Source: Thalia democratica
Taxonomy: Eukaryota
Direction of reading: 5' to 3'
Assembly (NCBI GenBank): GCA_965202585.1
Contig: OZ241826.1
Coordinates: 27,962,001 to 28,026,000, forward strand
DNA: 64,000 nt
Part shown: positions 24,170 to 35,842 of the stretch, one piece after another
How the letters are laid out: each line of letters begins with the position of its first letter
Position numbering within the stretch: the first letter of the stretch is position 1
Translations under genes and position numbers: made by a program
Notes under the pieces: model-generated
What the model was told of the DNA's origin: nothing
Seen by the model: the letters and a program-made list of their open reading frames with translations, nothing else
The model's database searches: none

Positions 24170-25100
24170 TAAACGTTTTAAGGGTCATTTCAAGCGAAAT
24201 TGCGTTGCACGTAAGACTAATATTGTCAACATTTAAAAAATACTAAGTCATTTTGCATATATGACTTGTTACTAAAGACTAAAGCTAATGTATTTTTTAT
24301 GCTTCTACATGGTACTTAAACATGGCTAGTTTTTTATTACTTATATTGCTTTTTTTGCATTTATAACTTTGCATTATATTCAATGTAATTCCAAAAAAAA
24401 AACTACAAAGTTTTATTCTTCCACGATCATAATTTTTTAACCATGGTTAAAATTACTGCAGAAAAATTTAACTAAGATATGTTTTTTCATTAGGACACGG
24501 TTAAATACAATTACTAAACTATAACGTAAACTAAGTAACAAGACTGTATAACAAAACTGTGATGTCTAATTAAAAAATCAATTAAAAGATATATCAGACT
24601 AGGTTTTGATTTAAATTGTATAACATTTTTATTACACAGTTAAAAAATGTTTATGATACTTATAAATAGTAAATAAATACAAACATTTTTCCCTTTCAAA
24701 AACTAATGTTTTCAGGGTCATTTCAAGCGAAATTGCGTAGCACGTAAGTATAGTATTGTCAGCTTTTTAGAAGTACCTATGTCATTTAGCATTAATACCA
24801 TTTAATTAAAGACAAAAGCTAATGTATTTTTTATTTTTGTGCATTGTACCTACACAGTGCTAATCTATTATTACTTTTAGTGCATGTTTTATTTTGAATA
24901 AATAGCTGTTTTGGTATTTGTTTTTATAACACAAATAAATACTCAAAGTTTTATTCGTCAACGGTCTTTTTTTTTACTATTGTTAAAATTACTGTATAAA
25001 ATGTTGACTAGAATTTGTTTATATTTGGAAAGGTTTAAATACAATTGATAAATTACAACGCAAACTAAGTAAGAGAATGTTAAAAAACTGTGATATTTAG
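24170..25100 (+). repeat. Local tandem duplication (~535-bp period) downstream of PARP copy 3; also at ~59670-60600
   Basis: agggtcatttcaagcgaaattgcgt(t/a)gcacgtaag at ~24181 and ~24715, and again at ~59676 and ~60208. Confidence 0.75.
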
Positions 25101-26104
25101 CGTAATAATGTATGCATATAATAATTGCACGTTTAACAAAATAAAAAAATAAACAAATTTAATTTGTCTGAAAACTTCAGGTTTCAAACTTGAAAATATA
25201 AACTTTTTTAAATATAAAGTCTCTAAATTAAAACCAACGCGTCATTTCATATTATTTTTTAATTAGTTACGTTGTATTTTTTAAACCCATGCGAGTTTTT
25301 AATTAAGAATTGAAAAATAGCTGAAACACTGTTAATTAATTTTGAAGTTGTTCTAAGTAATCTCTCAACTAATAAAGTTTTTTAGACTAAACATACTAAA
25401 GTTAAAAACGTTGCACAAAAGAGAAAAGTGAGCAAAAATGTTATAAAGGAATAAAGTCACTAATAAACATTTTTATTAAAGCTTTTTTTCTGGTTGTATT
25501 GTACAATGGTAAACGTTTCTAGGTGGTGTATGGGTTATAATGACTTAATTTATGTTGTCGAACGTTGTAAAATAAAAACTTGCTAATCAACACATATGCC
25601 AAATAACATCTATTTTTTCTTCATTTTTCTTATAAAATTGGTTCTGGTTAGTAATACAGTTATTAACATAGATACAAAAGTTTTCATAGAAGAGACGTTT
25701 TTAGTTACATACAAGTTGGAATTGGTCGGTATTATAACCATTGACAAATTAAGATCGCAAACTGACATTACATCGTTACTTTGGGTTTAAAAATATTTTA
25801 CTATTAAATTTTGTCGTTTTAACACTTTCTTTTGTATTTTATATAAAAAGTTATTGAGTAATAAGTTCACATGAGCTAAATAAAACAAGTGTCTTGTTTT
25901 TTTACTATGCCAAGAAATTTCTATAATATTCATAAGTTTTTAACCTTATTATAAAAGACTTTACTTAAATTGTACAATGAAAAGAATTAAATTGTACTTT
26001 AGTGATGTATTTACTATAATTGAGAAAATATTATTATTACACTCAAGCAACAAATTTTATTTTATCATTATAAATTTCGAAGTGATATCTAAACTAGGTA
26101 AATA

Positions 26105-26725
26105 TGTAGTCCTCGAGGGCCTGAGGTAGGAACTATCTTTATTTGGGGGAAGTCCCCTTTTTTGTGCTAAACGCTTAGCGCGTTTAGCTCTCAAGGTTTT
26201 TCACTGAATTTACCTTACTCATTAGGTTTAACTTGGTAATTTATAAGTATGTAATATACTTAATATATATATAATTTCTTTAATGAAGTGATTTTATTAA
26301 AAACGTGGTGTTAATGTGAAAATTAGGAAGTAGAAATAATAAAGCAGCTAATAAATCAGTTGAATAAAACTGCGAATATAAACACAATAAGTAAACACAA
26401 AGTTCTTAAAGTGTTTAAAATCTTAAATACTAAAATAGGTCTTACTATTAAATCAGAGTCTTAAATTGTTATGTGCTTCTTGCACGATCTTATGACTGAA
26501 CTAAGCAAATATAATACAATAATGCAAATAAACATCAAGATCTTATAAAATGAAAATAATAAAATAGTTCTTAAAATCAATTAGTGTGTCTCTCGCACGG
26601 TCTTATGGTTTAACTGAGCGTAATAACAGACATATTTTAAGTTATATTGTGTGTTGATTTGATAAACAATCGTCTAACGCCCCCTGGCGGTCATTTAAAA
26701 ACAATAAAATGTATATTTTTATACA
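26105..26725 (-). repeat. 3' LTR (relative to the minus-strand ORF), 621 bp
   Basis: Near-identical to 30680-31317 except for a 17-bp indel (ctacaaatagaagtgtt) and roughly 15 substitutions. Minus-strand AATAAA about 40 nt before the terminal CA. Confidence 0.9.
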
Positions 26726-29091
26726 TTTTCTCACCAAAAAGTCCTCAATTGAAGTCTTTTGATGGGGTCTTGCAACGTTTTTAAGTGTTTCTTACAATTA
26801 TTATTGCATAATGTTTGAGTATTAATTTTCAAAATGTATAAAATCGTTAGATAGTATTATTTCTAAGTTCAAGTGGTTCTTACAAGTGTTTATACAATAA
26901 TGAAAAGTAGATAATACTGTCTATCAAAAGTTTTAATAAGTGTTCACTCCATCGGCGGTCGTCAGCTGCTACGTTTTCTGCCTGCCTCTCCAATCTGACC
27001 ACTTTTAGGCGCTTAGCCTGTCTGTCCGTTGTATACCTCTCTTCAACTCGGTTTGATCTGTTGTAACATCAGCTGTGGTGTGTAACAGCTACAAATGACT
27101 TCACACTTCAGAAACATTGCTTTGCGTCTCTTTAACTATCTGATGACGTTTTTAGTGTTTTCTCCGTTAGGCTGTGCACAAGAGCAAGTATTTGCGCCTT
27201 GCGTATATAAACTTTCTTGCTTACTAGCATCGTTATGAGACGGTTTGTAAATTTTTAATCAATTTTTTTGATTAAAATATAACATAATCATGTTTATCAA
27301 ACAGTTTTTCTTGCTCAACCATTAATTACAAAAAATAAAATACAAAAGTCTTTTTATATATACACAAGGCAAGCAATAAAAGAACATTAATAGCGATATC
27401 GATAAAAAGGTTAACTTTTAATATTTTAAAACTGTTTGGGGTTAATTTGAAAAAAAAAGTGTTAATATATTTTTAATTTCTAATAGTTAACAGCTTTGCT
27501 CAAAAACAACGTAATTAAAATTTTAATTGTCAAAAAAATAAAATTATAAAATTACTTATTAGAACATAATACAGTAAACCTCTTAAAGTATTGCTTAAAA
27601 TAAACGAATTAATAAAAAACAAGTTTTAAAAACAATGTGTGAAAGCAAACCAATTCCCTTTGTTGCAAAGTTAATAATTCTATCCTCCATGCTTATTGCA
27701 ATAAAAAACTTTAATTTTTCTTAAATCGCAAATTTTTTCATGCTTTCCGTATAATTTTTCTACTAGTAGAGTTTAATTATCGAGTTTAATATATGTGATT
27801 AGCCAACTGTAAAACTTTTACGTCTTCCCAGTTTACTACGCGAAAAAATCAATGAGCTTTAAAAACTTTTAAAGTAACACTTTACGAAACAATTTTAAGC
27901 AAGTTATAACAAGAAAGTTTGAATATTGTATTAAATCATTTTAAGTTTTATAGGTCAAAAGATATTGGTTTAAGAGAGCAAGTTAATTTAGTGATTAATA
28001 TAATTTTACACATGTTTTTTATTGAAAGCTGTAAAAATTGTCTTAAAAATTAAAAGGCCAAAGTTTAATTAGGTAAAAGATGTATTTTTTAAGAAAAACA
28101 CACTATTGAACTTAATTTGGTTCTTTAAATAGCTTGAAAAAGCTTTTCATTTATGGTCGTAAAATTTGACCTATCTTACACTTAAAACACATTTTAACAA
28201 GCCGTTTTACTTTTCTAGCAGAGTTGCAATTTTTTTAAATTTTAGTGGAAAACTTTTTGAAAACTTTTTATCAGCTGCCATTATTACTCGCACTTTAAGC
28301 AATAATAAACTTTTTAGTTATAACAAAATTTAAAACTGACTTCACATACTGTTTTTTTTTTACATTCTTTTCAGAAATAAACTTGATAAAATATATACAT
28401 AATTCAAAACAAAAATTTTTTTAAAACCTCTCACCACAAGAAAATATAAAACTTATAACCATGAAAAATTAAAATGTTTAACAAAAAAATCTACATTGAA
28501 TCTTAAAAATACATTAAATTAAAAAACATTTTAACATATCTTAATTTTATTTTAATTTGATTATGTTTTACTTCATAAGGTTGTTTTAAGATAAAATACT
28601 TAAAATATTCAAAATTGATTATTCAAAATAATAAACAATTTTGAATTTGTTGTTTGAAAGCTTTTTACATTTAGTCACATTTAACTTATAAACGTTGCGT
28701 AAAATTATTTTTAAGCTACATAAATTTTATAGTTTACAGTTAAATTGACTAATGTCAAAAAAGATTTAAATTATCAAGTTTAATTATCTAAGCTTTTTGT
28801 TCAAACAAGACTAAAGCTTTAAAGCAACAGAAGTTATTAATTTAAATAAATCTTTTAAAAATTATTTAATACAACATAATGTCACAACCAACAAAATTGC
28901 TGCTATATCACTTGTTTAAATTTATATAGAATATTGTTTAATTGATTTAAATGAAATTCAGTCAAACGTTCTAATGAGTGTTTCTCGAAATTTTTATCCT
29001 GTTTTTCTAAAAATTTTATAATAGATCTAAAAAGATTTTAAGGTTGCTTGCCTGATTAAAAACATTTTTTACAATATTTAAGCTTTTGAGA

Positions 29092-29330
29092 CTAATAGTG
29101 TTTGGAATCTATACTTTCTGCATAGTTGTAAAATAATTTTTTGGTATTTGATTCATATCCAGATTCACTGTTTTCAGAAGGTTCGTAGCAGCCGGAGTTT
29201 TGTTCGTACATTTCATAATAATTATTTGGATTATGCTCGTATGTGTATTTTCTTCTGTAGTTGCTTGGTCTCCTCCTATACTGATGATGGTTTCTTAGTG
29301 TACAATAACCATTAATTTTATTGAAGCTAA
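29092..29330 (-). other. Out-of-frame continuation resembling a Y-box protein C-terminal tail
   Basis: An overlapping frame reads RNHHQYRRRPSNYRRKY...SENSESGYES right after the CSD ORF stop. An imperfect 18-nt tandem repeat sits at the frame junction. Confidence 0.45.
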
Positions 29331-30652
29331 TTGTTTTGTTGAAGCCTTTGCTGGCTATAGCTTGGCCATCTGTTTGGAGCATATTTGGACCCTCGGACAG
29401 GTTTGCCGTTCGGACCTGATACGTTTGAGGCCTCAGGCATGTTCTTATTACCCATAACAGTATCGAACTGGACAACTTCGCCTTGTGCGACTGATCTTAA
29501 TAATTTATTTGGGTTGTTTTTGGTAATAGAAGTTTGATGGACAAAAATATCAGTGTTTTGATCGTCACGATGAATAAATTCGTAGCCTTTGCGTACATTA
29601 AACCACACCACTCGGCCAGTAATCCCAGATTCTAAAGTCTTTTTAGATCTTGTTTTTTTAAGTCTAGCTGTTTTTAACGTTCTAATCGTTCTAACTAAAG
29701 GAGCTTTTCTGGTAGCGGACGAACAGTGTTTTAAAATTTTGTCATTATCTTTATGTACAGAAATGCTTTGGTTTTGAGTGTAGGTATTTAGAGGATGGTT
29801 GTTATTTTCAATTATGCTGTTGTATTCATTATTTGGACTAATATTTCTTTGGTTGTTAACATAGTAATTTGATTTAGATCGTTCTTTACTAAATCTATTA
29901 AAACTATAGCTTACATTTTTTCCTTCATCCCTTGTTTGCCTAAAATCCATATCACAAATGTGCATCACATACCTTTTGAAATCTTCTAATCTTAGTGAAA
30001 GGCTACTGGACACCCTTTTATTCAAATGGTTTGGTAATAGGTGCAAGTATAAAAATTGTTGCAACACCTCTTCGTTTTTCAAGTCGAGTAAACACCTACT
30101 TACTTCAATGTTCAGGTCGTACCCACTAACAGACTTAAATTCTTTCTTTGGCAGTAAAATATGTGGCAAAACTCCATCTTTTTCCAGGAGATATTTACGT
30201 AAACTTCCAAAGTTTCTATCTTTAGGCGCTGTACACAAGTTATAGTCTGACATGTCTTTGTTTGTCCAAAATTCACGAATCGCCCAGTATTTTTCAGCAT
30301 TTTCAATGATGCCATGGTCAACTAGGCGTTCTTCGAAATAAATAAATTGTGCCTTTGAATCATCAATATCAAATTTAAATGACTTCAGCCATTTAAGTCT
30401 ACTGTCTCCATAATCAATTGATTTTGAGTATGAGTTATAACCAATGTTGTAATTTTCCGTTTGAAACATTCTGTGTTGTAAGGTGTTGTGGTCTTTTTGA
30501 CTGGTTGCACACTTTAGCGTTTCTGTGTAACGAGGTGGTTTTCTAGAAGGAATATGTTGTGGTGGTATTTGGTCAGCCATCATGATACTATTGGCATTTC
30601 TTAAATTTAATAAACTTAGTATATCTACCTCAGCAGCATCAGAAGGTTGCAA
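29327..30652 (-). CDS. Gag-like protein fused to a Y-box-type cold-shock domain (441-aa ORF; first ATG probably at MMADQ)
   Basis: The last 99 aa (29330-29626), [52 protein letters not shown]...[16 protein letters not shown], match the YB-1/Y-box CSD including RNP1/RNP2-like motifs. The region ~29945-30395 (WLKSF...[21 protein letters not shown]...YLHLLPNHL) resembles Gypsy Gag capsid regions. The ORF starts just inside the 5' LTR boundary, the normal gag position. Confidence 0.8.
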   Translation of the reverse strand: MQPSDAAEVDILSLLNLRNANSIMMADQIPPQHIPSRKPPRYTETLKCATSQKDHNTLQHRMFQTENYNIGYNSYSKSIDYGDSRLKWLKSFKFDIDDSKAQFIYFEERLVDHGIIENAEKYWAIREFWTNKDMSDYNLCTAPKDRNFGSLRKYLLEKDGVLPHILLPKKEFKSVSGYDLNIEVSRCLLDLKNEEVLQQFLYLHLLPNHLNKRVSSSLSLRLEDFKRYVMHICDMDFRQTRDEGKNVSYSFNRFSKERSKSNYYVNNQRNISPNNEYNSIIENNNHPLNTYTQNQSISVHKDNDKILKHCSSATRKAPLVRTIRTLKTARLKKTRSKKTLESGITGRVVWFNVRKGYEFIHRDDQNTDIFVHQTSITKNNPNKLLRSVAQGEVVQFDTVMGNKNMPEASNVSGPNGKPVRGSKYAPNRWPSYSQQRLQQNN

Positions 30653-30679
30653 ACTCGTATTATACAGAGGGTCTACATT

Positions 30680-31317
30680 TGTAGTCCTCGAGGGCCTGAG
30701 GTAGGAACTATCTTTATTTGGGGGAAGTCCCCTTTTTGTGCTAAACGCTTAGCGCGTTTAGCTCTCAAGGTTTTTCACTGAATTTACCTTACTCATTAGG
30801 TTTAACTTGGTAATTTATAAGTATGTAATATACTTAATATATATATAATTTCTTTAATGGAGTGAGTTTATTAAAAACGTGGTGTTAATGTGAAAATTAG
30901 AAGGTAGAAATAATAAAGCAGCTAATAAATCAGTTGAATAAAACTGCGAATATAAACACAATAAGTAAACACAAAGTTCTACAAATAGAAGTGTTCTTAA
31001 AGTGTTTAAAATCTTAAATACTAAAATAGGTCTTACTATTAAATCAGAGTCTTAAATTGTTATGTGCATCTTGCACGATCTTATGTCTGAACTAAGCAAA
31101 TATAATACAATAATGCAAATAAACATCAAGATCTTATAAAATGAAAATAATAAAATTGTTCTTAAAATCAATTAGTGTGCCTCTAGCACGATCTTACGGC
31201 TTAACTGAGCGTTATAACAGACATATTTTAAGTTATATTGTGTGTTGATTTGATAAACAATCGTCTAACGCCCCCTGGCGGTCATTTAAAAAACAATAAA
31301 ATGTATATTTTGTTACA
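30680..31317 (-). repeat. 5' LTR, 638 bp
   Basis: tgtagtcctcgagggcctgagg ... atgtatattttgttaca, matching 26105-26725. Confidence 0.9.
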
Positions 31318-32659
31318 AATATGCTAAGTGTTAAATTTAAAGGACAAGTAGAAAAAAGGATTGCAGAAATTTATAAAAATCAATAATCTAAAGTTCCTTT
31401 ACTTATCGTTTTTATAAAGCATAAAAAAAAAATACTGATTAAAATTTTGTTAAAAAAGTATCATCCTTGGTTTAGTATTTAAAAGAGGATAAGCTATTCC
31501 TCTAAAATAATTATTTATCTAGTTTTTAGTATTAATTGACTAAATATAATTGTAGAAGTTTTTAAAAAACAAGTAATTAATTTAAAAACAAAAAATTATT
31601 AAATCAGTAAATAATTTTAGTTTGTTTCGGTAAACATTTTTCGTTATAAATTATTAATATCTTATTATATTAACAAAGTAGTTTATAACAATACTAAAAG
31701 CATTAAGCATTAAAAAAATATTAAAACTATTAACATTTAATTACATACTTTATGCATACTTTACACTACTAACATAAAACTGGTAGAAAATAATTTTTAA
31801 AATTAACTTATAAAGTTGATAAAAAATTTAGAAAGTTTTTATTTTAAGGATCTCTATTGTGATTTAAAGATAGTATTCTTAAGTTTTTTACAGCTTAAGC
31901 TTTATACAGTTAGTACTTCAAATTAGTAAAAAACTCATAAAACTAGTAGACTGAAATGCTTAAAGCTTCTAGAATAGAATTCCTAAAAGTGTGTGATAGT
32001 AACGATATTCTAAGTTTCAGTTGAAAACTGTTTTGTTTTTAATAGAAAATTAAGAGTTATTGCACTTTCAATTCTTGCCCGGGCAAAGTCTAATGTAACA
32101 ATAAGTGAGAAAGAGAATAAAAAAAACAAAAGCGCACTTTTCTTGAATGACGTAAAGAGAATATAAAGAATAAGAGCGCATTCCATTTTTTTTGAAACTG
32201 CATGATGCAACGATTCATTTAATGTTTTTTGTCACAAGCTGACAAGCTGACAGTCCAGACTGAGTTGTGTGTTGAACCGCCAGGAGCTGCATTGACTGTT
32301 TACAATAAAGACACTTGAAATTTGGTGTTAAGTAGTTTTATAAAGTTTTAGTATGTACATTTATATTTGTATTTTTTAGAATTAAAGATTGTTTTTTAAA
32401 GTAAGTTTAGTAATTTTCTTACTGTACATTTTTATAGCTCTTTTGATTTTCAACAGTAGGGTTAGTAAAAGCACTTTTTACAGTGGTTAATTATAAAGCA
32501 TTTTTCACATAAGCGACATACGTTTATAGTTCTTGTATTTTCCAACTTTTGGTTTTGCATTTGATATTGAGTATTTCTTAAAATATTATTGAGTTTTTTA
32601 TAGTGGTTATTATACAGTATTTTAGTACACAAATTACATATTTAATAGTTCTAATGGGT

Positions 32660-33800
32660 TAATGGGTTACCAACTCCCTCTGATTTCAATGACGTTTTCG
32701 AAAATAAGAACTATCAATCTTTTGATAAACAGTTGATTGAAAAAAATGTCATAGGGGGTCACAAAGAACAATATGCCATAGGGGAATCTAAAATAATTGG
32801 CATGAGGTCTGATCAACACAATAATTATGCTCTTCAGACACTGCAAGCCGATAGCTACGAGGACTTTGATATAGCTGAGCTCAGTAAGCAAATTGCACGT
32901 GCCAAAATTAGGGCAGATACTAGGGCGAGGGAAGAAAAAAAGCAACTAATTATCAGTTACACTTGTATGAGGACGAAAGCAACAGGTCCATCTGCAGCAT
33001 ATCACCGTCAAAAAATGTCACCCATGCAAGTTTTTTCCCAATAAGTCGTTTCATAGCGCCTAATGAATTATACATGGCAATTAACAAACACCACAATGAT
33101 ATAACATATGCTTGACTTAAGAGTGTGAAAGATCTCTCAAAACTGTTCCGTGATATCCACCTAACTTCTGGAGAGTTAGGTGTTAAGTTAAAGACTTCTG
33201 GGAGTCAACCTCGAGGCAGGAAAGAAACTACAATAATTTATACCGCTTTCTGCAAGACATATGTTGCCCTTTACCGAAAATTCTAAGGTCCAGAACACCG
33301 TCTAATGCACCAATAAAATACAAAGATTTGCGTATGGAAACAACAAAAAAGGCAAAAGCAATTTTAGATGATAGGGTCAAACTTTTTACTTGTTACTTGG
33401 CGCCAGATAATCTTAAAAGTGAGGTCCGGCCAAACTTTGGTAATAATAATATTGAATTTTATATTAGGATGGCAGCAACCTTTGTAGGTCATGAAGAGAG
33501 GCACTTACATAACACACAAAACATAGACTATAGGGTTTGCGTGCCACGTTTCAGAACAAGCAGAACAAGGAGACGCAATAACGCAGGCTAGTAAGAGAAT
33601 CAAAACAAGTTTTGTAATGATTATGGTAGTAACCAACCTAGTCAGCAGCATAATAGGCCTGGTTGCAACCAACGCCCAAATTATTATAGCGCAAAAATTT
33701 GTGACTTGCTTTTAGCCCATGGGGAAAATGCATTTAAATGTAGATTGCCTGACTCTTGTCCTACGGACAACGTCAAAACCAAAAAATTTACCTACATGAA
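32660..33800 (+). pseudogene. Decayed Gag-like gene homologous to the 441-aa ORF core, ending in a Cys/His knuckle-like motif
   Basis: Across frameshifts and stops it reads YA*LKSVK (cf. KWLKSFK), FWESTSRQERNYNNLYRFLQDICCPLPKIL (cf. [24 protein letters not shown]), YKDLRMET (cf. YDLNIEV), CYLAPDNLKSEV (cf. [12 protein letters not shown]), then ICDLLLAHGENAFKCRLPDSCP at ~33697-33762. Confidence 0.6.
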
Positions 33801-35842
33801 GATAATAACAGAGATAATAAATCTAAAATTTTCGTTCTTTAGCAACCAACAAAATTTTAATGTTTAAGTTTATTTTTTAACATATATTAAGATAACTATT
33901 ATAAAATAAAAGTCTTAGAGAAAATCTTAATGAAATAAAATGTATATTTAATTGACTAATTTGCTTTTAGAAGTAGTTAATTTTTTAACTCCATTGCTAC
34001 TGTACAATTACAAACTTTGATTTGTTCACTTTTCATGTAAATAGTAAATTTCTTACACTTTTTAAGTTTACTTAAGTTTTAGTTAGTCTTTTTTTATAAT
34101 GAGGTAAACACTATATTAACAGTATACATTGTGCACTATATCATAGTTAATATAACGTTTTTCCAAAAACTTTTTGTTTCTTTTCAATTTTCAAAAATAA
34201 AAATCTGATGGTTTGCTAAAAAGTTATTATATTTTACTTATAAAAAACAAAAGTATAAAAGTTTAATACCAAGAGCAGTAACCTCTGCGAGTTCCTATTG
34301 TTCTTAATTCTTACGGAATTAATGCATGGAAAATGTTTCCACATTGATTTAGAAATGTTTTAATTTAAAAAGAGAGAATAATTTATGTGTCCCTCGGTAA
34401 AGAACTTTTTGACTTATAAATATACGTAGTTAAAAGAAACAACTATAGCAGGGAAATTAATAGCTTAAAAAATAAAACTGATACATTTGCTACTGTTTTT
34501 ATTTTCACTTTAGGAGGAACTACCGCTCAAATGTTCTCCCCCACCACTCGTTCCTGGTTGTGATAGTATTTTACTATTCAACCTTGATAAAAAAAAGTGT
34601 TTTATAGTTTTTGTCACTTTCTGCATAACTTAAGTCTCTAGCTGGAATTTTTAAACAAAAGCGTTGTAACTTGATATAACATTAAAAAACACATCATAAG
34701 GTTTATTATTTATTTTTAAGTTTTTTAGTTATGTATAAACTAGAACTAAATAGGAGCTGTAATCGGAATAAATGTACGAATTAAACATTTTCGTAGCACA
34801 AGGCTTTCTAGTAAGTCAGTTGCATCTAAAAGAGTTAAGTGTAACAGCTAAGAAACTTGTAAAAATATTATAAAAACCTAGTGCAGTTTTAAGGTGAGTT
34901 GGTATAAGTGTTGCGGTGAATTAAATACAAAATATAAGAGTGTGTAATAATGTTAAGCTTGGTTTAGTGACCATCACTACTATTTTAAGTAGTTTCACAT
35001 TTCCTTAGCAAAATGCACTTTCAAATATTAACAGAAAAAACTCGTAAAATTGTATTCATTAATATATTAAAGTTAAAAAAAAATCAGTTTTAAATTCTTT
35101 ATCAATTTTGAACAGTAATTATTAACACTTTTACAAAGCAATTAACTCTTTATTGTACGTATGCAAACATCATTGTGACGTAGTTTTGGTTGAAGTTTTA
35201 AATGTTTACTACCAACTCGTTGTACTGCAAAACTTTTGCAATAAGCTGGTCATTCATCTTTGGAATTTTACCATCTTAAAAGACAACGCATATATGTACA
35301 AAAATTTCTAACAAAGTTAAACTAAAAGAGGTGTTCATTATTTTGATAGAAATACGACCTTCAAGCAATAATAAAACTTATCACAAGTGTTTTTTAATAA
35401 ATCTAATGAGACTTGGTAAACTTGTTAGATACAAACTTTCTATTGAAAAACTTGAGCTTGTCTTAGGGCATACGAAAGTCAAGGCTTAGACTTTGAAGAC
35501 TTTCACTAATGTCTTTTTTGATAATGATAACTAAAGAAAGACAACAGTAAACTTTTGGTTTAAAATATATCATAGCCATAATCAGTAAAGTAAGCCGGAT
35601 GGTGTAATAATAAACCTGTAAAAACTTTGAAATTTTGTAAAAACAAAAATTTGTTTGTTTGGAAGTAATTAAACTTTTCATCTTTTTCAAACAAACCTGA
35701 GATTTAAAAAAATATCATGTTAGTTAACATTCTAAATAACTATTTAAAAAATAATGTGTAAAGATTATGTATAAAAATGTTTATAAAACTTGAAATAGAA
35801 AGTGCTATTTTTTCAACTGTAAAAAGATAATTTATTCAAGGT

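Larger units (their letters stand above)
26105..31317 (-). mobile_element. Non-autonomous LTR retroelement (Ty3/Gypsy-like by 4-bp TSD and Gag-like ORF), 5.2 kb
   Basis: Direct repeats 26105-26725 and 30680-31317 begin TGTA and end TACA. Flanked by AATA at 26101-26104 and 31318-31321. The paralogous block at ~61557-61580 (aaagta aatg tgctaagtg) shows the empty site. No RT/RNaseH/integrase ORF is visible. No canonical TGG primer-binding site was found. Confidence 0.9.
15701..31430 (+). repeat. Segmental duplication, copy A (matches ~51147-61670 once the LTR element is removed)
   Basis: Offset of about 35,490 for the ORFs 16924/52413, 20763/56253 and 21678/57168. Similarity resumes after the LTR insertion (31322 tgctaagtg vs ~61568). 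Confidence 0.9.

Noticed and set aside
29589-30321. Short ORFs overlapping the Gag-CSD gene (29589, 29958, 30112)
   Set aside because: Alternative-frame shadows with no recognisable motif.
30655-30680. Canonical tRNA primer-binding site for the LTR element
   Set aside because: The minus strand after the 5' LTR reads aatgtagaccctc, not TGG, so no PBS could be supported. The purine tract before the 3' LTR (ggtgagaaaa) is weak.
32229-32325. Possible LTR end plus PBS (aataaagacacttgaaatttggtgttaag) for the decayed Gag
   Set aside because: No matching second LTR or TSD found, and the TGG is not adjacent to a CA end.
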